Source of the DNA: an uncultured Alphaproteobacteria bacterium
Lineage (GTDB): Bacteria; Pseudomonadota; Alphaproteobacteria; SHVP01
Length of the DNA stretch: 38,225 bases
Direction of reading: 5' to 3'
Assembly: GCA_938023835.1 (NCBI GenBank)
Contig: CALJDF010000266.1
Coordinates: forward strand, 1-38,225
In this document: in pieces, positions 1-8,251 of the stretch
How positions within the stretch are numbered: position 1 is the first letter of the stretch
How the letters are laid out: every line of letters begins with the position of its first letter
Position numbers and translations under genes: made by a program
Notes under the pieces: generated by a model
Seen by the model: the letters and a program-made list of their open reading frames with translations, nothing else
Told to the model about the DNA's origin: nothing
Databases searched by the model: none

Positions 1-6
1 GCGGAG

Positions 7-711
7 ATGGCCAAACCCAAAAAGAAAGCTGCGGCAAAGCCAAAGCCGAACAAGAAGGCCGCGGCCGCCAAACCTGCTGGCTCTCCTGCTGCCAAAAAAG
101 CAGCGCCGAAAGACAAACCTAGTGCTTCTCCACAACGCGCCAGCGCGCCGAGTCCCCAACAGCCGACCCAAAGCGGAGTAAAAGTGACGCCAAAGAAGAC
201 CGAAAAAAAGGCAAAGCGGAAACAGCTGCCGTTCTCCGTGAACGACTACGTCGTTTATCCAACGCACGGCGTCGGCAAGATCACGGCGATCGAGGACAGA
301 GAAGTGTCCGGCATTCACCTCGAAATGTTTGTGGTGGAATTTGAGAAGGACAAAATGATTTTGAGGGTCCCGGTCGGCAAGGTCGAAGCTACTGGGATGC
401 GCAAGCTCGCAACGCCAAAGGTGATGGAAGACGCGATGACGACCTTAAAGGGCCGCGCCCGAATCAAGAGGACAATGTGGAGTCGGCGCGCCCAAGACTA
501 CGAATTAAAGATCAACTCCGGCGATCCGATTTCCATCGCTGAAGTGATCCGTGACCTTCATCGCAACGCCAATCAGCCCGAACAATCGTACAGCGAGCGG
601 CAAATTTATGAATTGGCGCTCGATCGGTTGGTTCGCGAGGTCGCGGCGGTCGACAAGATCGATGAGGATACAGCCCAGGACCGGTTGCAAAAGGTCCTGC
701 AGGCAGCCTAG
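7..711 (+). CDS. CarD/CdnL-family RNA-polymerase-binding transcriptional regulator with Lys/Ala/Pro-rich N-terminal extension
   Basis: 234-aa ORF. The core 'FSVNDYVVYPTHGVGKITAIEDREVSGIHLEMFVVEFEKDKMILRVPVGKV' is the CarD_CdnL_TRCF N-domain, followed by a helical C-domain. The first ~60 aa are AKP-rich low complexity. The frame is open to window position 1, so the true 5' end is uncertain. An in-frame GTG at 184 preceded by GGAG (176-179) is an alternative start. Confidence 0.85.
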   Translation: MAKPKKKAAAKPKPNKKAAAAKPAGSPAAKKAAPKDKPSASPQRASAPSPQQPTQSGVKVTPKKTEKKAKRKQLPFSVNDYVVYPTHGVGKITAIEDREVSGIHLEMFVVEFEKDKMILRVPVGKVEATGMRKLATPKVMEDAMTTLKGRARIKRTMWSRRAQDYELKINSGDPISIAEVIRDLHRNANQPEQSYSERQIYELALDRLVREVAAVDKIDEDTAQDRLQKVLQAA

Positions 712-779
712 TTCCGTCAAGATGACAGCGGATAACGCGATCGGGTGGAGGGTTCCTTGAACGGTCCGGCGTCGAACGA

Positions 780-1583
780 ATGATCGACGTAGATAGCGAC
801 GTTTACGCAAAACTCACGGCGGTCCGCCGAGTATGGGCGATCGGCGCTGTCCACGGTGACGCAACAAGGCTCAAGAACCTCCATCACGAGATCAGTGCCC
901 GCACCGCGCGTGGCGATCGCTTCGTCTATCTCGGTAACCTCATCGGGCACGGTTCGGAAATCGTCGAAACGCTCGACGAAGTTCTTCGCTTCCGTCGCGC
1001 GATGTTTACACCAGGCATGGAGCCCGAAGACTTCGTCTACCTCCGCGGGTCGCAAGAGGAGATGTGGACCAAGCTTCTACAGATTCAGTTTGCACCCAAT
1101 CCCCCCGAGGTGCTCGAGTGGATGATCGAACAGGGCGTTGAAGCCACGCTCATGGCCTACGGCGGTAGAACCGATGAAGCCCGCTCGCTCATGGGTGAGG
1201 GCGCCGTTGCCATAACCCGATGGACCAACGCGCTTCGCACAAGCATCCAACGACGGCCGGGTCACGACGAACTTCTGAACAGCGTCAAACGTGCCGCCTT
1301 CACAGAAAACGGCAAAGTTCTGTTGGTTCATGCCGGCCTGGACCCGCACCGCCCCCTGTCGCAGCAAGGCGACACGCTTTGGTGGGGTTCTGGATATTTC
1401 AGCGCGATCGATAGTGCCTACGGCGAGGTCAAAATGATCGTCCGCGGCTACGACAGGCGGCACGAGGGACTTGCCATGACCCAATGGACGGCCACCGTAG
1501 ATGCAGGATGCGGCTTTGATGGTCGCTTAGCCGCAGCGTGTTTCTTGCCGGACGGATCGGCCACGGAGTGGATTGAGGTCTAG
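780..1583 (+). CDS. Calcineurin-like metallophosphoesterase-fold protein (PrpE/ApaH-like) with degenerate metal-ligand motifs
   Basis: 267-aa ORF with an ATG start. The blocks follow the metallophosphoesterase order but are substituted: 'WAIGAVHGD' (normally GDxHG), 'VYLGNLIGHG' (GDxxDRG), 'YLRGSQEE' (GNHE), 'LLVHAGLD' (retained), 'IVRGYD' (GH). Confidence 0.65.
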   Translation: MIDVDSDVYAKLTAVRRVWAIGAVHGDATRLKNLHHEISARTARGDRFVYLGNLIGHGSEIVETLDEVLRFRRAMFTPGMEPEDFVYLRGSQEEMWTKLLQIQFAPNPPEVLEWMIEQGVEATLMAYGGRTDEARSLMGEGAVAITRWTNALRTSIQRRPGHDELLNSVKRAAFTENGKVLLVHAGLDPHRPLSQQGDTLWWGSGYFSAIDSAYGEVKMIVRGYDRRHEGLAMTQWTATVDAGCGFDGRLAAACFLPDGSATEWIEV

Positions 1584-1593
1584 CAAGTCCGCG

Positions 1594-3081
1594 TCATTCG
1601 GCAATAATCTTGACCTTCTCACCGGGGACCGGCTGATCGCCCGGATTGAACCCGTTGAGCACCCGAAATCGCTCAACCTTCAGGTCCGAGAACGGCAGAC
1701 CGGCGGCAAGCGACTCCGTCGTTGCTCCTGGTCGTACATCAAGCACCTCAACGGTTAGCGGAACCAACTGTGCGATCTCGGCAGCGGACAGCGTTCGCAG
1801 CGAAAACGTCATGCGCTGAAAATCGGTCTCAAGCCCCGCCGTACTTAGCGGCAATGACAGAAACAAGAGCCGATAGAGCTTGTTGTCAGGAAACTGGACC
1901 ACGACAAACCGAGCGTCCAAAGACCCTCGGTAGTCGTCAACGCTGCCAGAAACTTGGGCCGACGCTGTCGCCGCAGGAAGTCCACCAATTGTGATCCGTT
2001 CGACGTTGGCAAGACGCAATCGCGGCGCCCAAATCTTGGTCAAATAGACGCGCGGATCGGGATGCGTCTCATCTCGGCGCACCGCATCGAAGCGAATGAT
2101 CGCCGCATTTCTTTTGCGCGCGTAAACGGCCTGTTGCGTATTGATCAGCTTGAATCCCGGGGGCGTCTCGAATGTCAGGCCAAGGTCGGGGTGCGAAAAC
2201 CGCCGTCCGCGCACCAGCCCCTGGGCCGGGTCATCGCCGAAGACAAGGCCCGCGATATTCTGCAGGAGGGCGTCCCGTCGTACAGCACCCGCAGCGCCGG
2301 CCGCCCGGGCGCGGGCGACTCGATCCGGCGTATTGGGATGGGTCGAAAAAAAATCGGCGTCAGGCAGGTCATCGTCAAGGATTTGTTCTTGAAGCGACTT
2401 GTTTCGGGTCAACTGCTCGAGAAACCCAGCCATCGCGTAGGACTCATAACCCGCATTCGCGAGATAACGCACGCCGAGCTGGTCGGCCTGGAACTCTTGT
2501 TCGCGCGAGAACCCTGCCAGATACAACTCGCTGCCCAACTGCGCGAGCTGTTGCGCATCGCCGCCAACAACCGCCCCCAATACTGCGGCACCAACTCCCG
2601 CTGCCACGGCTTGGCTGTAGCGTTGCGCGGTATGGCGGGCAACAACATGCCCGATCTCGTGGCCGATCACGCCTGCCAGTTCCGCCTCGCTATTGGCCAA
2701 CGCCAGCAGCCCTCGTGTGACGTAGACGTAGCCGCCCGGCACAGCGAATGCGTTGACCTCGGGCGAATTGAGGACCGTAAAGGTGAACGGGAAATTGGGC
2801 ATTTCCGAGTTGGCCACGAGCCTGCCGCCAATCTCTGCGACATAGCCGCCGAGATCTGGATCGTCATAGACGCCGCCAAACCTCGCCAGAATCTTGGGGT
2901 GCTCTTGTGCACCAACACGAACCTCGTCCGCAGGCGACATGAACAACGTAAAAGCCGATTCGCCCGTCGCCGGATTGGTGGAGCATCCCGTTGAGACCAA
3001 CGCCAACGCCATGAATACCAGGATCGCCATGCGCCTCGGCTGACGCAGCCACTCAAAATTCCCTTGGAGGCGTTCTCTCAT
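1594..3081 (-). CDS. M48-family zinc metalloprotease, probable lipoprotein, with C-terminal LysM-like domain
   Basis: 495-aa ORF. HExxH zinc motif 'GHEIGHVVARH'. N-terminal hydrophobic segment ending 'LVSTGCS' (signal/lipobox-like). The C-terminus 'VRPGATTESLAAGL...FRVLNGFNPGDQPVPGEKVKII' looks LysM-like. The start could be ATG 3081 or ATG 3030. Confidence 0.85.
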   Translation of the reverse strand: MRERLQGNFEWLRQPRRMAILVFMALALVSTGCSTNPATGESAFTLFMSPADEVRVGAQEHPKILARFGGVYDDPDLGGYVAEIGGRLVANSEMPNFPFTFTVLNSPEVNAFAVPGGYVYVTRGLLALANSEAELAGVIGHEIGHVVARHTAQRYSQAVAAGVGAAVLGAVVGGDAQQLAQLGSELYLAGFSREQEFQADQLGVRYLANAGYESYAMAGFLEQLTRNKSLQEQILDDDLPDADFFSTHPNTPDRVARARAAGAAGAVRRDALLQNIAGLVFGDDPAQGLVRGRRFSHPDLGLTFETPPGFKLINTQQAVYARKRNAAIIRFDAVRRDETHPDPRVYLTKIWAPRLRLANVERITIGGLPAATASAQVSGSVDDYRGSLDARFVVVQFPDNKLYRLLFLSLPLSTAGLETDFQRMTFSLRTLSAAEIAQLVPLTVEVLDVRPGATTESLAAGLPFSDLKVERFRVLNGFNPGDQPVPGEKVKIIAE

Positions 3082-3131
3082 ACCGCTTCTGATCCCTTCA
3101 CCAATTCGGCGCCACCCGATACCCGCACTAT

Positions 3132-3160
3132 TTGACGGCCCTAACCCGTCACACTAGAAA
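3132..3160 (+). promoter_or_regulatory. Candidate sigma70-type promoter for tRNA-Arg
   Basis: TTGACG (3132-3137), a 17-nt spacer, then TAGAAA (3155-3160). The -10 element ends 10 nt before the mature tRNA 5' end at 3171. Confidence 0.4.
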
Positions 3161-3170
3161 CCAAGCCGGG

Positions 3171-3247
3171 GCGCCCGTAGCTCAGTCGGATAGAGCACAG
3201 GATTCCTAATCCTGGGGCCGCAGGTTCGAATCCTGCCGGGCGCACCA
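3171..3247 (+). tRNA. tRNA-Arg (anticodon CCU)
   Basis: 77-nt cloverleaf folded by hand. Acceptor GCGCCCG/CGGGCGC; D-arm GCTC-AGTCGGATA-GAGC; anticodon arm CAGGA-TTCCTAA-TCCTG (anticodon CCT); variable GGGCC; T-arm GCAGG-TTCGAAT-CCTGC; discriminator A and encoded CCA. Confidence 0.95.
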
Positions 3248-3278
3248 TAGAATACATCAAGACGAGGAGTGCGTTGCC

Positions 3279-4052
3279 ATGTTGGATAGTGACCAGGTCA
3301 AACAATATGAAGAGACGGGCGCGTTGCTCCTGGAGGATGTCTTCTCAAAAGCAGAAGTCGCCGTGTTACGTGAGGCCGCGGATCGCGTAGCTGCGGAAGA
3401 CCGCCCAAACGTTACGCCTGAGGCCAACGGCTCGACAGCACGAATGGTGCACGGCGCCCATGCCTACAATCCGATCTTGGAAAATCTGTGCAGGCACCCC
3501 CGCCTGATTGAACCAACGATGCAACTCATCGGGTCAGGCGTCTATGTTCATCAATCGCGGCTCAACTATAACGCCGGCCATGGCACCGGCGGCTTCGACT
3601 GGCATCAGGATTTCTCGACCTGGCACAATGTGGATGGTCTGCCCGCGCCCCGCGCGATGATGATCACCGTGTTTGTCGACGACATGGATGCGACCAACGG
3701 GCCGCTTCTTTACATCCCGGGATCGCAACACGAAGGCTTGATTGACGAATTCGAGCCCGTTGAAGACGCCGCCGGCAACATCTTGATGAAGCTGAGCAGC
3801 CGACGTTTGAGCGAGATGGTTGAAAAGGGCGGGATCCAGGCCGTCTCTGGCCGCGCCGGATCTGTCTTGTTCATGCATTGCAATCTTGTGCATGGGTCGA
3901 GCGCCAACATTTCGCCGCGCAGCCGCACTCTTTTCTACGTCAACTTGAACTCGGTAGAGAATCCGCAGACCACATTCGAACGGGCGGAATATCACGCTGG
4001 AAGCGACTTTACGCCGATAGCCCCGGCGGCCGACGAGTGCCTTCTCGCCTAG
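3279..4052 (+). CDS. Fe(II)/2-oxoglutarate dioxygenase, phytanoyl-CoA dioxygenase (PhyH) family, ectoine-hydroxylase-related
   Basis: 257-aa ORF with a GAGGAG SD 9 nt upstream of the ATG. 'FDWHQDFSTWHNVDGLP' closely resembles the EctD signature F-x-WHSDFETWH-x-EDG-M/L-P. An HxD (WHQD) and a distal His ('NLVHGSSAN') fit a 2-His-1-carboxylate triad. Confidence 0.8.
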   Translation: MLDSDQVKQYEETGALLLEDVFSKAEVAVLREAADRVAAEDRPNVTPEANGSTARMVHGAHAYNPILENLCRHPRLIEPTMQLIGSGVYVHQSRLNYNAGHGTGGFDWHQDFSTWHNVDGLPAPRAMMITVFVDDMDATNGPLLYIPGSQHEGLIDEFEPVEDAAGNILMKLSSRRLSEMVEKGGIQAVSGRAGSVLFMHCNLVHGSSANISPRSRTLFYVNLNSVENPQTTFERAEYHAGSDFTPIAPAADECLLA

Positions 4053-4080
4053 GGTCGCGCGCTTGGGCGTGCCAAGCCCA

Positions 4081-4896
4081 TTATGCCGACAACGTTCGAA
4101 TGACCGCCTGAAGAACGGCGTTCGAGGACGCCGGTGGGCGCACGAGAAGGTCCGGGGTCGTCTGCATCGAGACGTGTGAGGGCCAGCTCTCTAGGTCCAT
4201 AGCTGACGGGTCGATCGCCGAAGCGACAACCCGGTTGCCGCGAAGTTTCATCGCCTCAGACAACTGCTGTGCGATCTCAAGGTACGTCACCTCATCCGGC
4301 GCACTGACTTGGTAGGTCGCCGGCCCGGCCACATCGAGCAGCGCCATCAGCGCGCGAACCGCGCTCTCGACGCCCAACGGCGCACAGCGTCCCTGAGCCG
4401 GCGGATGAACCGCAACACCTTCCTTCAAGCCATTCCACCATCGCAGCACCAAAGGGTCCGCAGCGCTCAACACCCGACCCAGGCGCAAGACGAGACCATG
4501 TTCACCGCGCGCCAGCACCCGATCTTCGAGGGCCACCAGGCGACGTCCGTAATCTGACTGTGGCGCGCGAGTGGCCTGCGCCGACGAGAGGGAGTGATCG
4601 CCCGCAAAAACGTGGCAGGACGAAAGAAGAACCACTCGGACGCGGTCTTTGAGAATCGGCAGCGCCCGATCGATAAAATCAAATGCGGCATGACTTTTCC
4701 CACCGGCATCGACCGGGTGAAGACCGGGGTCAACCACGCACGTGTCGCCGAGCGACCCCGCCTCTAGGACGGAAAGGTCGGCTTCATCGCCAGTAACCGC
4801 GGCCGGACGATGCCCGATGCCCGCAGCGTTTTCCAACACCGATTCGGCAAAAGGGGAGCGTGGTCCGAGATAAACAATCGATCCGTGTTTAGGCAT
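4081..4896 (-). CDS. NAD-dependent epimerase/dehydratase (extended SDR)-like protein with degenerate cofactor and catalytic motifs
   Basis: The ORF is 4081..4944. I prefer ATG 4896 ('MPKHGSIVYLGP...'), which removes the overlap with the upstream gene. The overall pattern ('LLSSCHVFAG', 'SDYGRRLVALE', 'VLRLGRV') resembles RmlD/epimerase-type proteins. However, the Gly-rich loop is 'YLGPRSPFA' and the YxxxK Lys is absent (YGRRL). Confidence 0.5.
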   Translation of the reverse strand: MPKHGSIVYLGPRSPFAESVLENAAGIGHRPAAVTGDEADLSVLEAGSLGDTCVVDPGLHPVDAGGKSHAAFDFIDRALPILKDRVRVVLLSSCHVFAGDHSLSSAQATRAPQSDYGRRLVALEDRVLARGEHGLVLRLGRVLSAADPLVLRWWNGLKEGVAVHPPAQGRCAPLGVESAVRALMALLDVAGPATYQVSAPDEVTYLEIAQQLSEAMKLRGNRVVASAIDPSAMDLESWPSHVSMQTTPDLLVRPPASSNAVLQAVIRTLSA

Positions 4897-4919
4897 TTCC
4901 CGGGCCTTGATGGGATGCT

Positions 4920-7238
4920 CTAGCGCTTGTTCAGTGCTTGCCAAACGCGATGCGGTGTGGCCGGCATGTCCAGGTGGTGGATACTCCGCTGACCAAGGGC
5001 GTCAACAATCGCATTCATCACGCACGGCATCGCACCAACGGTTCCCGCCTCGCCCGCACCCTTGATCCCCAGCGGGTTCAGTTTCGTGGGGACAGGATTG
5101 CTTAGGACATCAAACATCGGAAGATCGAGAGCCCGCGGCATGCAGTAGTCCATGAAGGAACCCGACAACTGCTGCGCGGTATCCGGGTCCCAAGCAATAT
5201 CCTCCATCAATATCTGGCCCACGCCTTGGGCGATCCCGCCGTGAATTTGTCCCTTGAGAAGGAGCGGGTTCATGACCGTACCGACATCGTCAACGACCAT
5301 GTATCGGACGATCCGCGTCGTTCCGTCTTCCGGGTCGATCTCTACTTCGCAGACATGGCATCCATTGGGGAAAGTTGCGCCGGTCGGCACAAAAGCCGCG
5401 CGTTCGTGAAGCCCGGGCTCCATGCCCGGGGGCAGTTTAGAGGCGGCATAGGCCATCTTCGCCGCATCCATCAACGTCATCTGTCGATCAGTGCCGGCGA
5501 CCGTGAACACGCCTGTCTCGTGCTCGATATCCGCCGGATCGGCCTCAAATGCATGCGCGACAATCTGCCGGCATTTCTCAATGACCTTGTCTGCGGCGCG
5601 TTCGAGCGCGGCCCCGCCAAGCCCCGAGGACCGGGATCCAAATGTGCCGAAACCATGGGCGACGAGATCGGTGTCGCCTTGGACATACCGAACTTCGTCG
5701 AACCCTAGTCCGAGTTTGCCGGACAGCATTTGTTTGAAGACGGTTTCGTGGCCCTGCCCGTGGGAGTGAGTGCCCATCAGCAGGGTTACGCCCCCTGATG
5801 GATCAAAGCGGATTTCTGCGGTCTCCTCGCCCAGTGCTGCCGCGCGCTCAATCACGTTGGCCAACCCGAAACCGCGCAACATGCCGCGTGCCGAGGACTC
5901 CGCGGCGCGGGCCGCATAGCCCGCATGATCGATTGCCGCCAGGGCGCGGTCCATATTTTCCTCGAAGGCACCGCAATCGTAGGTGAACACGAGACCGGTT
6001 TTGAACGGCATTTCTTCAGGCGAGATCGTGTTGCGCCGCCGCAGTTCCACGTGATCTATCTTCAGATCGCGCGCGGCCGTATCGATCAGACGTTCGATGA
6101 CGTACGACGCTTCAGGGCGCCCGGCCCCGCGGTACGCTGATGTCGACGGCGTGTTGGTCAACACGCCGCGCACCGCGACGTGAATAGCTGGTGTGCGATA
6201 GACGCCGGCAAGACCGCCGATATTCATCGTCGCCGGACCCGCGCCACCCATCGACACGTAGGCACCCATCGACACCACGGTGCGAACGCGCAGCGCCAGA
6301 AACGTGCCGTCGTTGTTCAGCGCCAATTCGCCGGTGGTTCTATTGTCACGCGCTTGATCGTCGGCAACGAACGCCTCGGATCGATCGATCGTCCAGCGCA
6401 CCGGCCCCCCGAGCACGCGCGCAGCATGGAGCACCAGCGCCAACTCGGGATACGGCGTCGACCGCATCCCAAAAGCACCGCCCATGTCGGGGCTGACCAT
6501 GCGCAGCTTGGTCTCGGGGATGTTCAAGTATTGCCGCGCCAGTATCCGGCGCATGATGTGGGGGTTCTGTACGCCGCAAAACAACGTAAGTCGATCATCC
6601 GCGGGATCGAAATCAGCTACAGCCGAGCGTGGCTCCATCGGTGCGGCCGACACGCGGTTAATCACGAGGTCCAGCCGCGTCACATGATCCGCCTGCGCGA
6701 AAGCATCCTCGACAGCCTTCTCATCGCCTGCTTGGAACAAGAACGACGTGTTGTCGGGGCATGCTTCCCATACGGACGGCGCGTCCGGTTCCAAAGCCGC
6801 AATCGGATCGGTTACCGCCGCCAACGGTTCGTAATCGACCGCGATCGCTTCAGCGCCGAGGCGCGCTGCATCAAAGGTTTCGGCGACGACAAACGCAACA
6901 GGGTCACCGACGTGGCGAACCTGTCCGTCCGCAACCAAGACAGATCGAGTCGCCTTAAACATGGGGCTGCCGTCGGGGCGGGCGTACTCCGCCATCGACC
7001 CCGCCGACCCAATACCGGCGGCAACAATATCGGCACCGGTGAACACGGCCAGAACGCCCGCTATCGCGAGTGCGGGGCTGGTGTCGATCTCGTTGATCTT
7101 TGCGGCGGCATGGGGAGAGCGCAAAACCACACCGCGCGCTTCACCGCGAAGGATGTGGTCGTCGGTGTAGCGACCGCGCCCGGACAGCAATCGATCGTCT
7201 TCCGCTCGCGCGACAGAGTCGCCAAGGCCTACATGCAC
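4920..7238 (-). CDS. Xanthine dehydrogenase-family molybdopterin-binding large subunit, form-II CoxL-like
   Basis: 772-aa ORF. GTG start at 7238 with a GGGAGAG SD 5 nt upstream. N-terminal 'LLSGRGRYTDD'. The active-site loop 'AYRGAGR' is the motif of form-II CoxL-like proteins, not the AYxCSFR of true CO dehydrogenases. Confidence 0.9.
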   Translation of the reverse strand: MHVGLGDSVARAEDDRLLSGRGRYTDDHILRGEARGVVLRSPHAAAKINEIDTSPALAIAGVLAVFTGADIVAAGIGSAGSMAEYARPDGSPMFKATRSVLVADGQVRHVGDPVAFVVAETFDAARLGAEAIAVDYEPLAAVTDPIAALEPDAPSVWEACPDNTSFLFQAGDEKAVEDAFAQADHVTRLDLVINRVSAAPMEPRSAVADFDPADDRLTLFCGVQNPHIMRRILARQYLNIPETKLRMVSPDMGGAFGMRSTPYPELALVLHAARVLGGPVRWTIDRSEAFVADDQARDNRTTGELALNNDGTFLALRVRTVVSMGAYVSMGGAGPATMNIGGLAGVYRTPAIHVAVRGVLTNTPSTSAYRGAGRPEASYVIERLIDTAARDLKIDHVELRRRNTISPEEMPFKTGLVFTYDCGAFEENMDRALAAIDHAGYAARAAESSARGMLRGFGLANVIERAAALGEETAEIRFDPSGGVTLLMGTHSHGQGHETVFKQMLSGKLGLGFDEVRYVQGDTDLVAHGFGTFGSRSSGLGGAALERAADKVIEKCRQIVAHAFEADPADIEHETGVFTVAGTDRQMTLMDAAKMAYAASKLPPGMEPGLHERAAFVPTGATFPNGCHVCEVEIDPEDGTTRIVRYMVVDDVGTVMNPLLLKGQIHGGIAQGVGQILMEDIAWDPDTAQQLSGSFMDYCMPRALDLPMFDVLSNPVPTKLNPLGIKGAGEAGTVGAMPCVMNAIVDALGQRSIHHLDMPATPHRVWQALNKR

Positions 7239-7321
7239 AGATTCTCTCCCGAATTCGCGTCTATCAGTCCCTGCAGACTAACGGTGACACTCGGCCCCGT
7301 CACCGCCAGGTCGCGAAATGA

Positions 7322-8251
7322 CTACTCCTGCGCAACGAAGGTTGTCGTCTCCAGCTTGAAGGTGATCGGAATAGAAATGGTTGCACCGACCGCTCGGCCA
7401 CCGCGCGTCGCCGGTTGGAATGCCCAATTGCGGACGGCACGAAGTGCCGTGCGGTCCAGGAGACGATGACCGCTTGAGACGGCAACCGCAGCTGTCGCGA
7501 TCCGACCAGAGCGATCAACCACGGCCTCGATCACCACCCGGCCTGCCATCCCGCGACGGCGGGCGGCGAGCGGGTATTTGGGCGGCTCGTTGCCCAGTGC
7601 GGGCGCCGCATATTGCGGTTCACTGGTTTGGTTTCCCGGGGGCGGTGCGCCCGCACGATCGGGAAGCACGGCAACCTTTTGGGGCCGCGCAACCTCTTCC
7701 TGGCGGTCGCCAGTGACCCCCGAGGATGTCGTTTGATCGGGTCTCCGCGCCTCTTGTGGCAACATCCGCCTGGCCGTTTCCATTTCAACGATGTGGTCGT
7801 TGCTGGCCTTAGGCACGACGGATGGCCGCGGGGGAACCGGCGGTTTGAGACTAGGGCGCGCTTTGAAATGGCGAGACGTGGCGGCTAACGCGGGCCGTAC
7901 CGAAACAACAGTGTTTTGCGGCTCGGCAGGCGGGGTTTCTGGCCGTGCCGTCTCCACCAAGCGGTCCGGTCCTGGAGGCGCCTTCGCCGCGGAACCCTTA
8001 TCGAAAACAAATGCCGTGGCGATGGCGTCAGCCGATGGTTGTACGGATCCCGGCGTATCCTCCGGCAAAGGAATGATCCGCGTCGTCTCTAGCCGAAATG
8101 AGACATCAGCAGGATTCTCGTAGACCAACTCCGCATAAATGGGCGCGGGTTGATCCGTATGAACGGCACCCGGCCACCCGACGTAGGCGCCGGCAGCCAA
8201 AGCAATATGCGCTGCGAGCGAAATACTAAGAGCTGCCCCTAACCCTCTCAT
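7322..8251 (-). CDS. tonB: TonB-family energy transducer
   Basis: 309-aa ORF. N-terminal membrane anchor 'LSISLAAHIALAAGAYVGW', a long Pro-rich spacer, and a TonB C-terminal domain 'PKYPLAARRRGMAGRVVIEAVVDRSGRI...ALRAVRNWAFQPA'. The start overlaps the upstream ABC ATPase stop by 4 nt. Confidence 0.9.
   Translation of the reverse strand: MRGLGAALSISLAAHIALAAGAYVGWPGAVHTDQPAPIYAELVYENPADVSFRLETTRIIPLPEDTPGSVQPSADAIATAFVFDKGSAAKAPPGPDRLVETARPETPPAEPQNTVVSVRPALAATSRHFKARPSLKPPVPPRPSVVPKASNDHIVEMETARRMLPQEARRPDQTTSSGVTGDRQEEVARPQKVAVLPDRAGAPPPGNQTSEPQYAAPALGNEPPKYPLAARRRGMAGRVVIEAVVDRSGRIATAAVAVSSGHRLLDRTALRAVRNWAFQPATRGGRAVGATISIPITFKLETTTFVAQE

Noticed and set aside
1954-2994. 346-aa plus-strand ORF antisense to the M48 protease gene
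   Set aside because: It lies entirely inside a gene with clear HExxH protease motifs on the other strand. Its translation is Arg/Gly/Pro-rich with no recognisable motif. This is a typical shadow ORF of GC-rich DNA.
4061-4077. GC hairpins at convergent or operon ends: GCTTGG-GCGTG-CCAAGC (4061-4077), GGTGAC-N10-GTCACC (7283-7304), CCGTCGCG-N13-CGCGACGG (34228-34256), GGCGCG-N13-CGCGCC (~36330-36354)
   Set aside because: These are real inverted repeats, but the stems are short (6-8 bp) and lack the flanking T/U tract of canonical intrinsic terminators. They are not strong enough to annotate as terminators.
3171-7300. Possible genomic island integrated at tRNA-Arg(CCU)
   Set aside because: There is no integrase, no excisionase and no repeat of the tRNA 3' end that I could find by eye downstream. 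Composition looks similar to the flanks. The downstream genes are ordinary metabolic genes.
6180-7469. 429-aa plus-strand ORF antisense to the CoxL-like gene and the tonB 3' end
   Set aside because: It has Arg/His-rich low-information composition and spans two well-supported minus-strand genes and their intergenic hairpin. It has no motifs or SD.
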